DNA from: an uncultured Flavobacteriaceae bacterium
GTDB lineage: Bacteria; Bacteroidota; Bacteroidia; Flavobacteriales; Flavobacteriaceae
Direction of reading: 5' to 3'
Assembly: GCA_947497145.1 (NCBI GenBank)
Contig: CANMFQ010000004.1
Span: 68,560 to 132,559, forward strand
DNA: 64,000 bases
The position numbers and the translations under genes were made by a program. Shown here in pieces: positions 30,349 to 39,546 of this stretch (position 1 is its first letter; each line of letters opens with the position of its first letter). A model generated the notes under the pieces. The model ran no database searches and had not been told where the DNA came from. It was given only the letters and a program-made list of their open reading frames with translations.

Positions 30349-31278
30349 CTAGTTAACAACAGGTGTAATTACAATATTACGCAGTTCAACGGGGCCATGG
30401 TCACCTTGTATTAACAGCGGCCCTGGGGCAGTTTCATCATTATCAAGAGCACCACCCGTCATCCCAGGAATAATTTGGTCGTTGATAATTGTTTTTCCAT
30501 TCGCTACAATGGTTACCCGTCTTCCTATTAAGGTTATATCATATTCTTGCCATTCGCCAGCAGGTCTAGCAACCATTTCATTAGGTGTTAAATGCCCGTA
30601 AATTCCACCAAAAAGAATACTAGAAGGCTCTAAACCAGCATTATCAGCCACTTGAACCTCATAACGACCACGTAAATAAATACCACTATTACTCCCTTTA
30701 GGGTAACGAAATTCTACATGTAATTTAAAGTCTTTAAAAGTAGCATCGGTACGTATGTTAGCACCAGATTTAGGGCTTTTTAAAATACCATTCTCTACCA
30801 CCCATTGGTTTTCTCCCAATGCAGTCCATCCCTTTAAATCTTTACCATTAAAAAGCTTTTGAGCCTTTCCCCACTTCGGGTTTTCGTTATACCCTAATTT
30901 TGGCGCTCGTGTGGCTACCCAATTGTATACTTTTCCATCGGTGTAAACTAACACTCCTTTTAGACGTTCACCATCTTGCTCTCCCAAAATTTGCATATCA
31001 AACCCTTTTGGCTCCCATTGCGCCGGAATAGCAAAACTGAATTTATTTTCAATCACCTTTACTTCGGCAACAGGTCTTGCACTACCAAACTTATAACAAA
31101 ACTTCCCTACTAACGTACTGTTACCAGAGTGTTTTATTTCTAGCCATGAGGGCTCTTCTTTTCCATCTTCATTTATTAATAGGTTCCACGCGCCTTCTAA
31201 GCTTTTGGTATCTTGCGCTTGGCAAAAAAATGTGGACAATAATAAAGTAGCCATGGCTACTAGTACTTTTGTGTTCAT
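30349..31278 (-). CDS. DUF1080 (3-keto-disaccharide hydrolase family) protein
   Basis: LFNGKDLKGW, DFKLHVEF, NSGIYLRGRYEVQV, GEWQEYDI, IQGDHG; signal peptide and an extra N-terminal beta domain. Confidence 0.9.
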   Translation of the reverse strand: MNTKVLVAMATLLLSTFFCQAQDTKSLEGAWNLLINEDGKEEPSWLEIKHSGNSTLVGKFCYKFGSARPVAEVKVIENKFSFAIPAQWEPKGFDMQILGEQDGERLKGVLVYTDGKVYNWVATRAPKLGYNENPKWGKAQKLFNGKDLKGWTALGENQWVVENGILKSPKSGANIRTDATFKDFKLHVEFRYPKGSNSGIYLRGRYEVQVADNAGLEPSSILFGGIYGHLTPNEMVARPAGEWQEYDITLIGRRVTIVANGKTIINDQIIPGMTGGALDNDETAPGPLLIQGDHGPVELRNIVITPVVN

Positions 31279-31307
31279 AGGTGTTATTTAAAATTTATTC
31301 GTAATTT

Positions 31308-31315
31308 CAAATATA
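31308..31315 (-). promoter_or_regulatory. -7 promoter element (TATATTTG) for the DUF1080 gene
   Basis: TAnnTTTG match 30 bp upstream of the ATG. Confidence 0.5.
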
Positions 31316-31394
31316 ACAAACTCAGTCAACCTAAAAAATAACTTTTCAAATCAATCTCCTTTTTATAACAATTCTCTTTTTTAAACAATATAAA

Positions 31395-31832
31395 ATGAAT
31401 AAATCCCTTGCCCTATTACAAACTTATCTTGGTAAAGATTCTTCTGATTCTATTTCTCCTTTAATGCGCTGGCTAAACCCCACCCTATTGCATGCCACTG
31501 CCGGAGAATTAGAATTTTCATATCTAATTCGTGAAGAAATGACCAACCCGATGCATATACTACACGGTGGTACAACCGCCGCAATTATTGATGATGCTAT
31601 TGGTGCCGCTGTATTCTCTTTAGGAAAACCGCATCAATATACCACCGTAAATTTGGCCGTTGATTATTTTGCTTCGGCAAAAACGGGTGATACCATTATT
31701 GCCAAAACCACCATTATAAAAAATGGAAATCAAATTGTTAATGCCAATTGTGAGGTATGGAACGCCGATAAAACTCGAATGATTGCCAAAGGATATTCTA
31801 ACCTGATTAAACTAAACCCCAATCGCTCGTAA
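31395..31832 (+). CDS. PaaI family hotdog thioesterase
   Basis: NPMHILHGGTTAAIIDD hotdog motif. Confidence 0.9.
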   Translation: MNKSLALLQTYLGKDSSDSISPLMRWLNPTLLHATAGELEFSYLIREEMTNPMHILHGGTTAAIIDDAIGAAVFSLGKPHQYTTVNLAVDYFASAKTGDTIIAKTTIIKNGNQIVNANCEVWNADKTRMIAKGYSNLIKLNPNRS

Positions 31833-31909
31833 CGCACCGCTAGACAATGCTATTATCACATCTTTTTCAAAATAAAACCATAACTTACACCATAGCAATT
31901 TTATAACGC

Positions 31910-32374
31910 ATGAAAACAATACTGCTATTTTTACTGTGTGCAGTCTTCGCTGCTAGAGGACAAGAAGTACAAACGAACGAAGTAAAAAATGTGATTCAGA
32001 CCTTTTTTGAGGGCTTTCATAAAGGTGATACCGTGCTTTTAAAAACAACCATGAGTGATACGGTCATTTTTCAGACAGCTTTAAAAAACCAAGAACAAAA
32101 AGATATCTTACAGCAAACTGACATTTCTAATTTCATTAAGGTTATTGGCAGCAAACGCCCTGTTTCTGAAAAATGGGAAGAGCGTATTCTTTCCTACACG
32201 ATAAAAGTTGATGGTAATATGGCTAATGCTTGGACAACCTATGAGTTTTGGCACAATGGTGTGTTCAGCCACTGCGGTGTAAATTCTTTTCAATTATTTA
32301 ACGATAACAACCGTTGGAAAATCATATATCTGATAGATACTCGCAGAAAAGAAGACTGTAATACAGCCAAGTAG
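31910..32374 (+). CDS. NTF2-like (lumazine-binding/SnoaL-like) secreted protein
   Basis: WEERI...VDGNMANAWTTYEF...HCGVNSFQL...WKIIYLIDTRR. Confidence 0.85.
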   Translation: MKTILLFLLCAVFAARGQEVQTNEVKNVIQTFFEGFHKGDTVLLKTTMSDTVIFQTALKNQEQKDILQQTDISNFIKVIGSKRPVSEKWEERILSYTIKVDGNMANAWTTYEFWHNGVFSHCGVNSFQLFNDNNRWKIIYLIDTRRKEDCNTAK

Positions 32375-32420
32375 TAATATATAGACTCGGATGCTAATAC
32401 ATGTTTTATTGTAAGAGAAG

Positions 32421-32510
32421 AGAGACAAGAATCAAGAGCCAAGAAAAAAATCTCTGTTGTTTGTTCTAACAGCGCAGCGGTCTTGATTCTTGATTACTGA
32501 AGCGCAGCGG
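32421..32510. repeat. Small intergenic repeat element: 7-nt-periodic arms in inverted orientation plus a 10-bp direct repeat
   Basis: CAAGAATCAAGA (32426-32437) and TCTTGATTCTTG (32481-32492) form a perfect 12-bp IR. AGCGCAGCGG occurs at 32471-32480 and 32501-32510. Confidence 0.75.
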
Positions 32511-32719
32511 CCCTTATACTTTTCTATTGTATAAAGCAGATTAAAAACACCCGTACACTGGCATTATAACCGTTGCATTACATGAATCCAAAACTACAGG
32601 AATTATTTTTTGATGTAGAAGCAGAACAAATACACACTTTAGCACAACCATTCTTGTAGCAATCCGCTTAAAAATTCAAAAAAAAACACTACATTTCAAT
32701 GATTAAAAACTGTGATACA

Positions 32720-34912
32720 ATGTTTAAAAAATTACTATTCCTCCTCATCATCTGCACATTAGGTACTGCTACCGCCCAAGAATCTATTTTAGGATTCACA
32801 ACAGAAAATGCTAAAAAACAACAAGAGCTAGAAGCTGCCTTTGAAGCCAAACTAACTGCTAGTAATCTTGATAAATGGATGCAACTAATGGCTGCCGAAC
32901 CTCATTGGGTAGGCACTGCCTACGGAGAGAAAAATGCCAAATGGATACAAAAACAATTTAAATCATGGGGTTTTGACACCAAAATTGAAACCTATCATGT
33001 ATTATTTCCATATCCAAAAGTACGTTTACTAGAACTAACAGCCCCCAACAAATATGCTGCAAAACTGACAGCAGTACCCGTGAAAGGGGATAAATACACA
33101 GCGCAAGGTGATGCTTTACTGCCTAGCTACAATGCCTTTTCTACAGATGGCGATGTAGAAGCCGAATTGGTATTTGTGAATTATGGCATACCAAAAGACT
33201 ACGAAGAATTAAAAAAACTAGGTATTGACGTAAAAGGAAAAATAGTCATCGCTAAATACCAAGGGTCATGGCGTGGTATAAAGCCAAAATTAGCTGCTGA
33301 AAATGGTGCCATAGGTTGTATCATTTATTCAGACCCCCAAGATGACGGTTATGGTCGAGGTGATGTATACCCAAAAGGCGCTTTTAAAAACAAAACAGGT
33401 GTGCAACGTGGCTCAGTAATGGATATGCCCACCTACCCTGGCGATGTTTTAACTCCTGGTTACGGGGCTACCAAAGATGCCAAACGCCTTGACAGAAAAG
33501 ATGCGCCCACTATTACAAAAATCCCTGTGCTCCCCATTTCCTATGAAGATGCGCAACCGCTATTGGCTGCATTAGAAGGTTCTGTTGCTCCTGCCTCATG
33601 GCGTGGAGGGTTACCAATTACCTATCATATTGGACCAGGGCCTGCTAAAGTGCATTTAAAACTAGAATTTGACTGGCAATTGAAACCTGCTCATAATGTA
33701 ATAGCAACAATGAAAGGCACTGATTTCCCTGACCAATGGGTAATGCGAGGCAACCACCATGATGCGTGGGTACATGGTGCCAACGACCCTATTAGTGGTT
33801 TGGTAGCATTAATGGAAGAAGCTAGAGCTGTTGGTGCACTTGCCAAAAAAGGCAACAAACCAAAACGAACCCTAGTATATTGTGCATGGGATGCAGAAGA
33901 GCCGGGACTAATAGGCTCAACCGAATGGGTTGAAGACCATAAAAAAGAGCTACAACAAAAAGTGGTTGCCTATATCAATACTGATGGTAACGGACGTGGC
34001 TTTTTAGGTGCAGGTGGTTCGCACAGTTTGCAAGCCATGGTTAGTGAAGTTGCAGGTGCTGTTAAAGACCCGCAAAGAGGGGTTTCTGTAAAAGAACGAA
34101 AAAATGCATTGGCGATGATAAACGGTGGTAAGGCAGAGTTTAAACTGTATGCCTTAGGCTCTGGTTCTGATTACACACCTTTCATTCAGCATGCTGGTAT
34201 TGCCGCATTAAATTTAGGCTTTGGCGGTGAAAATGCTGGTGGGGAATACCATACTATTTATGACACCTACCCACATTACAAGCGATTTAAAGACCCAGAT
34301 TTTGCTTATGGCGTTGCCTTGGCTAATACTGCTGGAAGAATAACCCTTCGTTTGGCAAATGCCGATGTACTTCCGTTTGAATTTAAACAATGGTATGCAA
34401 CGGTAACTGGCTATTTGGATGAAATTATGACATCCTGCGCTACAATGCGTACCGCTGTTGAAAAGCACAATATGATGGTAGAAAAAAATATGTTTGAACT
34501 AGCTGCCGACCCTAAAAAACCCTTTTTAAAACCTGAGAAAAAAGACGCCGTACCATATTTAGACTTTTCTTCGTTACAAAATGAATTAGCCGCTTTGCAA
34601 AAAACTATTGACCAGTTATCAAAAATTGACGCTGCAAAGCTTTCTGATGATAAAAGAAGTCAAATCAACAAAAAACTAATGGAAGCAGAACACCTATTAA
34701 CATCAAAAGAAGGACTTCCTCGCCGCTCATGGTACAAACATCAAATATATGCGCCAGGCTTTTACACAGGCTATGGGGTAAAAACCTTACCAGGAGTTCG
34801 CGAAGCTATTGAGCAAAAAAATTGGAAAGAAGCACAAGAACAAATCAGTAAACTTTCTGGCACCTTAAAAGGGTACAACAAGCACCTTAAAGAAATAGTT
34901 AAAATACTATAA
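32720..34912 (+). CDS. M28 family glutamate carboxypeptidase II-like peptidase (PA domain, TfR-like dimerisation domain)
   Basis: GNHHDAW, GANDP, WDAEEPG, GSGSDY, YHTIYD, RSWYKHQIYAPG. ATG 32720 is preferred over 32699 because it gives a better signal peptide. Confidence 0.92.
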   Translation: MFKKLLFLLIICTLGTATAQESILGFTTENAKKQQELEAAFEAKLTASNLDKWMQLMAAEPHWVGTAYGEKNAKWIQKQFKSWGFDTKIETYHVLFPYPKVRLLELTAPNKYAAKLTAVPVKGDKYTAQGDALLPSYNAFSTDGDVEAELVFVNYGIPKDYEELKKLGIDVKGKIVIAKYQGSWRGIKPKLAAENGAIGCIIYSDPQDDGYGRGDVYPKGAFKNKTGVQRGSVMDMPTYPGDVLTPGYGATKDAKRLDRKDAPTITKIPVLPISYEDAQPLLAALEGSVAPASWRGGLPITYHIGPGPAKVHLKLEFDWQLKPAHNVIATMKGTDFPDQWVMRGNHHDAWVHGANDPISGLVALMEEARAVGALAKKGNKPKRTLVYCAWDAEEPGLIGSTEWVEDHKKELQQKVVAYINTDGNGRGFLGAGGSHSLQAMVSEVAGAVKDPQRGVSVKERKNALAMINGGKAEFKLYALGSGSDYTPFIQHAGIAALNLGFGGENAGGEYHTIYDTYPHYKRFKDPDFAYGVALANTAGRITLRLANADVLPFEFKQWYATVTGYLDEIMTSCATMRTAVEKHNMMVEKNMFELAADPKKPFLKPEKKDAVPYLDFSSLQNELAALQKTIDQLSKIDAAKLSDDKRSQINKKLMEAEHLLTSKEGLPRRSWYKHQIYAPGFYTGYGVKTLPGVREAIEQKNWKEAQEQISKLSGTLKGYNKHLKEIVKIL

Positions 34913-34953
34913 CAAATAGGGAAAAGAACTAATCACTAAAAGACAAAAACACC

Positions 34954-35169
34954 ATGGATTCAAACTATACAAGAATATATGTAGGAAATCATATCGAAGC
35001 ACAAAGTATAATAAGCAAACTAAAAGATAATGGCATCATCCCCGTGGTGAAAGACGAAGCAGAATCTGCCCGCTTGGCAGGTTTTGCTTCGGCGCTTTTA
35101 TCTGAAACGCAAATCTATGTGCACAATGATGAACTTGATAAAGCTACTACTGTTATTAAAAATGCGTAG
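34954..35169 (+). CDS. DUF2007 / putative signal-transducing small protein
   Basis: IISKLKDNGIIPVVKDE.ESARLAGF...IYVHNDEL..A pattern. Confidence 0.8.
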   Translation: MDSNYTRIYVGNHIEAQSIISKLKDNGIIPVVKDEAESARLAGFASALLSETQIYVHNDELDKATTVIKNA

Positions 35170-35206
35170 GTAGCGATTTTTGAATTTTTCATCGCTACTA
35201 CGTTTT
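35170..35206 (+). terminator. Hairpin after the DUF2007 gene
   Basis: GTAGCGAT / ATCGCTAC 8-bp stem directly after the stop, then TACGTTTT. Confidence 0.55.
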
Positions 35207-35460
35207 AATACATCTATTACAAGAATTATTTACAGATTTTCAGCTCACATCAACAACGTCAACCCTTAGTTACAAAATATACTCCTAAAAAACACACTTC
35301 CCTAATTTCGAGCATTTCAAAATGACGGGAGTATATTTCATATTTTTCAATTTTTAACCGCATATTTTGCATTTTCCATACCTTTTTAGAATTGATTCAT
35401 ATTAATATTTTATCGTAAGGTGCAATTGTGTAATTTTATAACGTACCTAAACCCTTATAA

Positions 35461-38400
35461 ATGAATCACAAATTCACAACTCATTACTTTTTAGCAATTA
35501 TATTAAGTCTTACAGTTATAGGCTGTAGTAATACGTCAAATAAAGCTAAAGAAATTCCATTAACCGTATATGAAGATTCTGTTTTAGGACTATCAAAAGC
35601 CAAAGAAGCTCGTGAAGCTATTGTAGCTAAAATGGCTGACGGCTTAACGTTAAGTCTTTGGGCTTCAGATTCACTTGCACCAGACCCTATTGCAATGGAT
35701 ATTGACACCAAGGGTAGAATATATGTTACCCGTACCAATCGTCAAAAAAACTCAGAATTTGATATTCGCGGTTATCAACATTGGATGACGCCTTCAATCT
35801 CCTTACAAACCGTTGAAGACAGGCGCGCATTCTTACATGAGACCTTTGCGCCAGAACTAAGTAAAGAAAATGAATGGTTTCCTGATTTGAATGGTGATGG
35901 CAATCACGACTGGAAAGACCTTACAGTAGAAAAAGATGAAGTTTGGATGCTAGAAGACACCAACAAAGATGGTATTGCCGATGTTTCTACGCGTATTCTT
36001 GAAGATTTTAATGAAGAAATAACCGATGTAGCAGGTGCTTTATTGGTACGTGATGATGATGTTTTTGTAGGTGTAGGTCCCGATATGTGGCGCCTAACAG
36101 ATACTAATGATGACCAAGTACTAGACGAAAAAACATCAATTGCACATGGTTTTGCTGTGCATATTGGTTTTGGTGCGCATGGTATGAGTGGAGCCATTGA
36201 GGGACCCGACGGAAAAATATACTGGGGCATTGGAGATATAGGTGCCAGTATTACTACAGTTGAAGGAAAAAAACACCATTTACCCAACCAAGGTATGATT
36301 GTACGCTGTAACCCTGATGGCACCAATTTTGAAGTTTTTGCAAGAGGATTACGCAACACACATGAGTTTGTTTTTGATGCTTATGGCAATATTATTTCTT
36401 CTGATAATGATGGCGACCACCGAGGAGAAAGTGAGCGTTTGGTACATATTGTTGAAGGTTCAGATGCTGGATGGCGTTCAAATTGGCAGTATGGTAAATA
36501 TACCGACCCAAAAAACAATAGCTACAAAGTTTGGATGGATGAAAAATTGTATACGCCACGTTGGGAAGGCCAAGCAGCTTATATAATTCCACCGATAAAA
36601 AATTTCCATAATGGTCCCACAGGAATGGTTTATAATCCGGGTACAGCTTTAGGTAAAAAATGGCGTGACCGTTTCTTTTTGGTTGAGTTTGTGGGCGACC
36701 CCAGCAGATCACATATTTGGTCGTTTGATCTTAAACCCAAGGGAGCTTCCTTTGAGCTACATACAGATATAGACATGCTAAGCGGTGTGTTGCCAACAGG
36801 GATTGAATTTGGGCCTGATGGCGCCCTATATCTTGCCGATTGGATTAACGGATGGGGAACAAAAAACTACGGCAGAATATGGAAACTTGATGTTACCGAC
36901 ACAAAAAATGATCTTAAAAAAGAAAGAGCCGAAACAGCACGGCTAATGACATTAGATTACAACGAGCAATCAAATGATGAACTCGTAAAATTACTCTCCT
37001 ACCCAGATATGCGCATTCGGCAAAAAGCACAGTTTGCTTTAGCTAAAAGTACCTTTTGGGGGTACCGAAAATTCAAAGATGTATTAGAAGAAAGTGAAAA
37101 TCAATTTGCTAAAATTCATTCTATTTGGGGTATAGGGCAAATAGCAGATAGTGATAGTGACAAAGCAGAACCCCTTATGGCTTTATTAGCCGATAGAGAC
37201 CCCGAAATTGTAGCACAAGCCTTGAAAGTTTTGGGAGATGTTAAATATGCCGATGGTGCAGAAAATTTCATTCCGCTGCTACAACACCGTAATGATAGGG
37301 TAAAGTTTTTTGCTGCTCAAGCATTAGGACGTGTAAAGTACAAACCCGCTATTGAACCTCTTTTTGATATGATTATTGACAATGCAGATCGGGATGTATA
37401 TTTACGTCATGCCGCCGTTTTGGCACTTTCAAGAATTGGTGATCCGGAGCCAATGATTAAACTTGTTGACAACCAAAATCGCAGCTTACGTATTGCTGCG
37501 GTATTGGTTTTACGCAGACTACAGAACGAAAATGTGGCTCTTTTCTTAAAAGATAAAGATGAATATATTGTAACAGAAGCGGCTAGAGCCATAAATGACG
37601 ATTGGTCTATTGAAGCTGCCCTACCCGATTTGGCTGCATTACTAAATGAAACACGTTTTACTAGTGAGCCATTACTGCGTAGAAGCATAAACGCTGCCTT
37701 ACGAGTAGGTGGAAAAAGAGAAATGGATAACCTGATTACTTTTGCCAAAAACCCAGCCGTATCAAGTGAATTACGTGGTGAAGCATTAGCAGCCTTAGGC
37801 ACTTGGGGTTCTCCATCAGTTTTAGATCGTGTAGACGGCAGGCTTAGAGGAGAGATAAAAAGAGACCCTAGCATGGTAAGACTTGAATTGGAGAAGGCCA
37901 TACCTGCATTACTTGCTGACGTAGATACCGATCCTCAAATTTTGATTGGTATTTCAAAAACTATTGAAAATTTAGGTATCATCTCTCAAAACACCCGATT
38001 AATTACCCTTTTAGCAAATCACAAATCGGCCGATGTACGTGCTGCTGTTCTTACAGCCTTGGGTAACCTTAACGCAGAAGAAATAAATTTAGGCATGCGT
38101 TTGGGTATGAGCGATACCGATCAAAAAGTAAAACAAACGGCTATAGGTCTATTACCAAAATTATCACTCTCAAAAGAAGACCTTGCAGCTATTGTAGCGC
38201 CTATATTTGAAAATGGGTCTGTGGGCGAGCAGCAAAAAATACTGGGCGTTTTAGGTGAACTTCCGTTAGCAAAGACGCAAACTACGCTTCAAAAACTCAT
38301 TGAACAAGCAAACAAAGGACAGCTTAACCAAAGTGTTATTCTTGATCTTATTGAAGCCACCGAAGCTACTGAGTCTAATGAATTAATTGCAGCGCTAGCT

Positions 38401-38874
38401 ACACTTAAAAGTAATGGCAATAGTGTAGACGCCTACAAAGAAACCCTTTACGGAGGCAATTGGTGGGAAGGTAAAGCTATTTTCAACAACAACCCTACTG
38501 CCCAATGTGTTCGTTGCCATGCTGTTGGTGGTGCAGGTGGTGTTGTTGGGCCAAGTCTTGACAATATAGGCAACGTATTGAATAGAGAACAAATTTTGGA
38601 GGCGTTGATAGCACCTAGCGCCCGCTTAGCACCAGGTTATGGTACTGTAAGTGTTACCCTAAAAGATGGTCAAACCGTAACAGGTATTTTGGAAGCAGAA
38701 TCTGAGCATGAAATCATTTTACGAACTTCAGATGCAGAGCCTATGGAAATAGCCATATCAAGAATACAAAAACGTGAAAACAGTATTTCGGCAATGCCAG
38801 CCATGGGAAAACTTATTAAGAAACGAGAACTTCGAGATTTAATAGAATATTTAGCAAACCTGAAAGAAAAGTAA
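35461..38874 (+). CDS. PVC-type heme-binding lipoprotein: dehydrogenase-like beta-propeller, HEAT repeats, C-terminal c-type cytochrome
   Basis: Lipobox VIG-C; propeller motifs (GPDGKIYW, NTHEF.FD.YG, GPDGALY); HEAT repeats; CVRCH heme motif followed by GPSLDNIG and SAMP (TIGR02604/TIGR02603-like). Confidence 0.88.
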   Translation: MNHKFTTHYFLAIILSLTVIGCSNTSNKAKEIPLTVYEDSVLGLSKAKEAREAIVAKMADGLTLSLWASDSLAPDPIAMDIDTKGRIYVTRTNRQKNSEFDIRGYQHWMTPSISLQTVEDRRAFLHETFAPELSKENEWFPDLNGDGNHDWKDLTVEKDEVWMLEDTNKDGIADVSTRILEDFNEEITDVAGALLVRDDDVFVGVGPDMWRLTDTNDDQVLDEKTSIAHGFAVHIGFGAHGMSGAIEGPDGKIYWGIGDIGASITTVEGKKHHLPNQGMIVRCNPDGTNFEVFARGLRNTHEFVFDAYGNIISSDNDGDHRGESERLVHIVEGSDAGWRSNWQYGKYTDPKNNSYKVWMDEKLYTPRWEGQAAYIIPPIKNFHNGPTGMVYNPGTALGKKWRDRFFLVEFVGDPSRSHIWSFDLKPKGASFELHTDIDMLSGVLPTGIEFGPDGALYLADWINGWGTKNYGRIWKLDVTDTKNDLKKERAETARLMTLDYNEQSNDELVKLLSYPDMRIRQKAQFALAKSTFWGYRKFKDVLEESENQFAKIHSIWGIGQIADSDSDKAEPLMALLADRDPEIVAQALKVLGDVKYADGAENFIPLLQHRNDRVKFFAAQALGRVKYKPAIEPLFDMIIDNADRDVYLRHAAVLALSRIGDPEPMIKLVDNQNRSLRIAAVLVLRRLQNENVALFLKDKDEYIVTEAARAINDDWSIEAALPDLAALLNETRFTSEPLLRRSINAALRVGGKREMDNLITFAKNPAVSSELRGEALAALGTWGSPSVLDRVDGRLRGEIKRDPSMVRLELEKAIPALLADVDTDPQILIGISKTIENLGIISQNTRLITLLANHKSADVRAAVLTALGNLNAEEINLGMRLGMSDTDQKVKQTAIGLLPKLSLSKEDLAAIVAPIFENGSVGEQQKILGVLGELPLAKTQTTLQKLIEQANKGQLNQSVILDLIEATEATESNELIAALATLKSNGNSVDAYKETLYGGNWWEGKAIFNNNPTAQCVRCHAVGGAGGVVGPSLDNIGNVLNREQILEALIAPSARLAPGYGTVSVTLKDGQTVTGILEAESEHEIILRTSDAEPMEIAISRIQKRENSISAMPAMGKLIKKRELRDLIEYLANLKEK

Positions 38875-38917
38875 TCGTACTAGTAAATAACCGTACTCTA
38901 CACTTACTTTTTTAGCT

Positions 38918-38972
38918 AAAAAATAATCAGAAATACGCATGCAAGATAGATGCATATTTCTGATTATTTTTT
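38918..38972. terminator. Bidirectional terminator
   Basis: Long stem AAAAAATAATCAGAAATA..GCAT / ATGC..TATTTCTGATTATTTTTT between convergent genes. Confidence 0.8.
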
Positions 38973-39144
38973 GTTTGAGTTTTTATAAATCATCATTTGT
39001 AAATGGATTGCCTGATATCACGGAGGTTTACTGAGTGAGAAAAAACCTATGACCGATATAAAACCTTAAAAAAACGGTCCACCAAATACACGGCTCAGTT
39101 CGTATTCACTTTGGGTAATTCGTGCTGCCTAAACGAAGGTTTTG

Positions 39145-39444
39145 CTATTGGAGCGCATTATGCCTCACCGTTTTTATGATGCTGTAAATCAGATATACAA
39201 TAATCGCTATATTTACGATATGCCAAATATTTAATGCAATGTAAGTTGCTTTTTGAGAAGCTGTCATACTTCCTAAACTCCAATATTCTCCTTTACTTTC
39301 ATCATAGAAATCATCATAGTTCATCAATAATAATCCTAAAATGATGTAAACTGTTAAATCAAGTATTATCAATCCAATTCCAATTACAATATTTTTAATT
39401 GTTAAGATTTTTTTACTCATTTTTATATTCATAAAATTTAGCAA
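39145..39444 (-). CDS. Small two-TM membrane protein of unknown function
   Basis: Two hydrophobic helices flanking YDDFYDESKGEYWSL; AT-rich coding sequence. Confidence 0.7.
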   Translation of the reverse strand: MLNFMNIKMSKKILTIKNIVIGIGLIILDLTVYIILGLLLMNYDDFYDESKGEYWSLGSMTASQKATYIALNIWHIVNIAIIVYLIYSIIKTVRHNALQ

Positions 39445-39546
39445 AGCTGTAATTGCTTTTTACCAATATTCATCTTCTTTTAACCCGAATTCAATACATG
39501 TTTTTTTTTGAATATTTAGGTTCTATCCAAAGTAATTTGATGAGAT

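Noticed and set aside
32421-32510. Possible CRISPR array
   Set aside because: Only two 10-bp repeats with a 20-nt spacer and no cas genes; kept as a small repeat element instead.
15121-35287. Identical 15-mer CAAAATATACTCCTA at 15121 and 35273
   Set aside because: A few such matches are expected by chance in 64 kb of AT-rich DNA, and the contexts are unrelated.
39001-39120. TPP-riboswitch-like words (CTGAG...ACC)
   Set aside because: The conserved TPP stems and junction motifs cannot be built, and no thiamine gene is adjacent.
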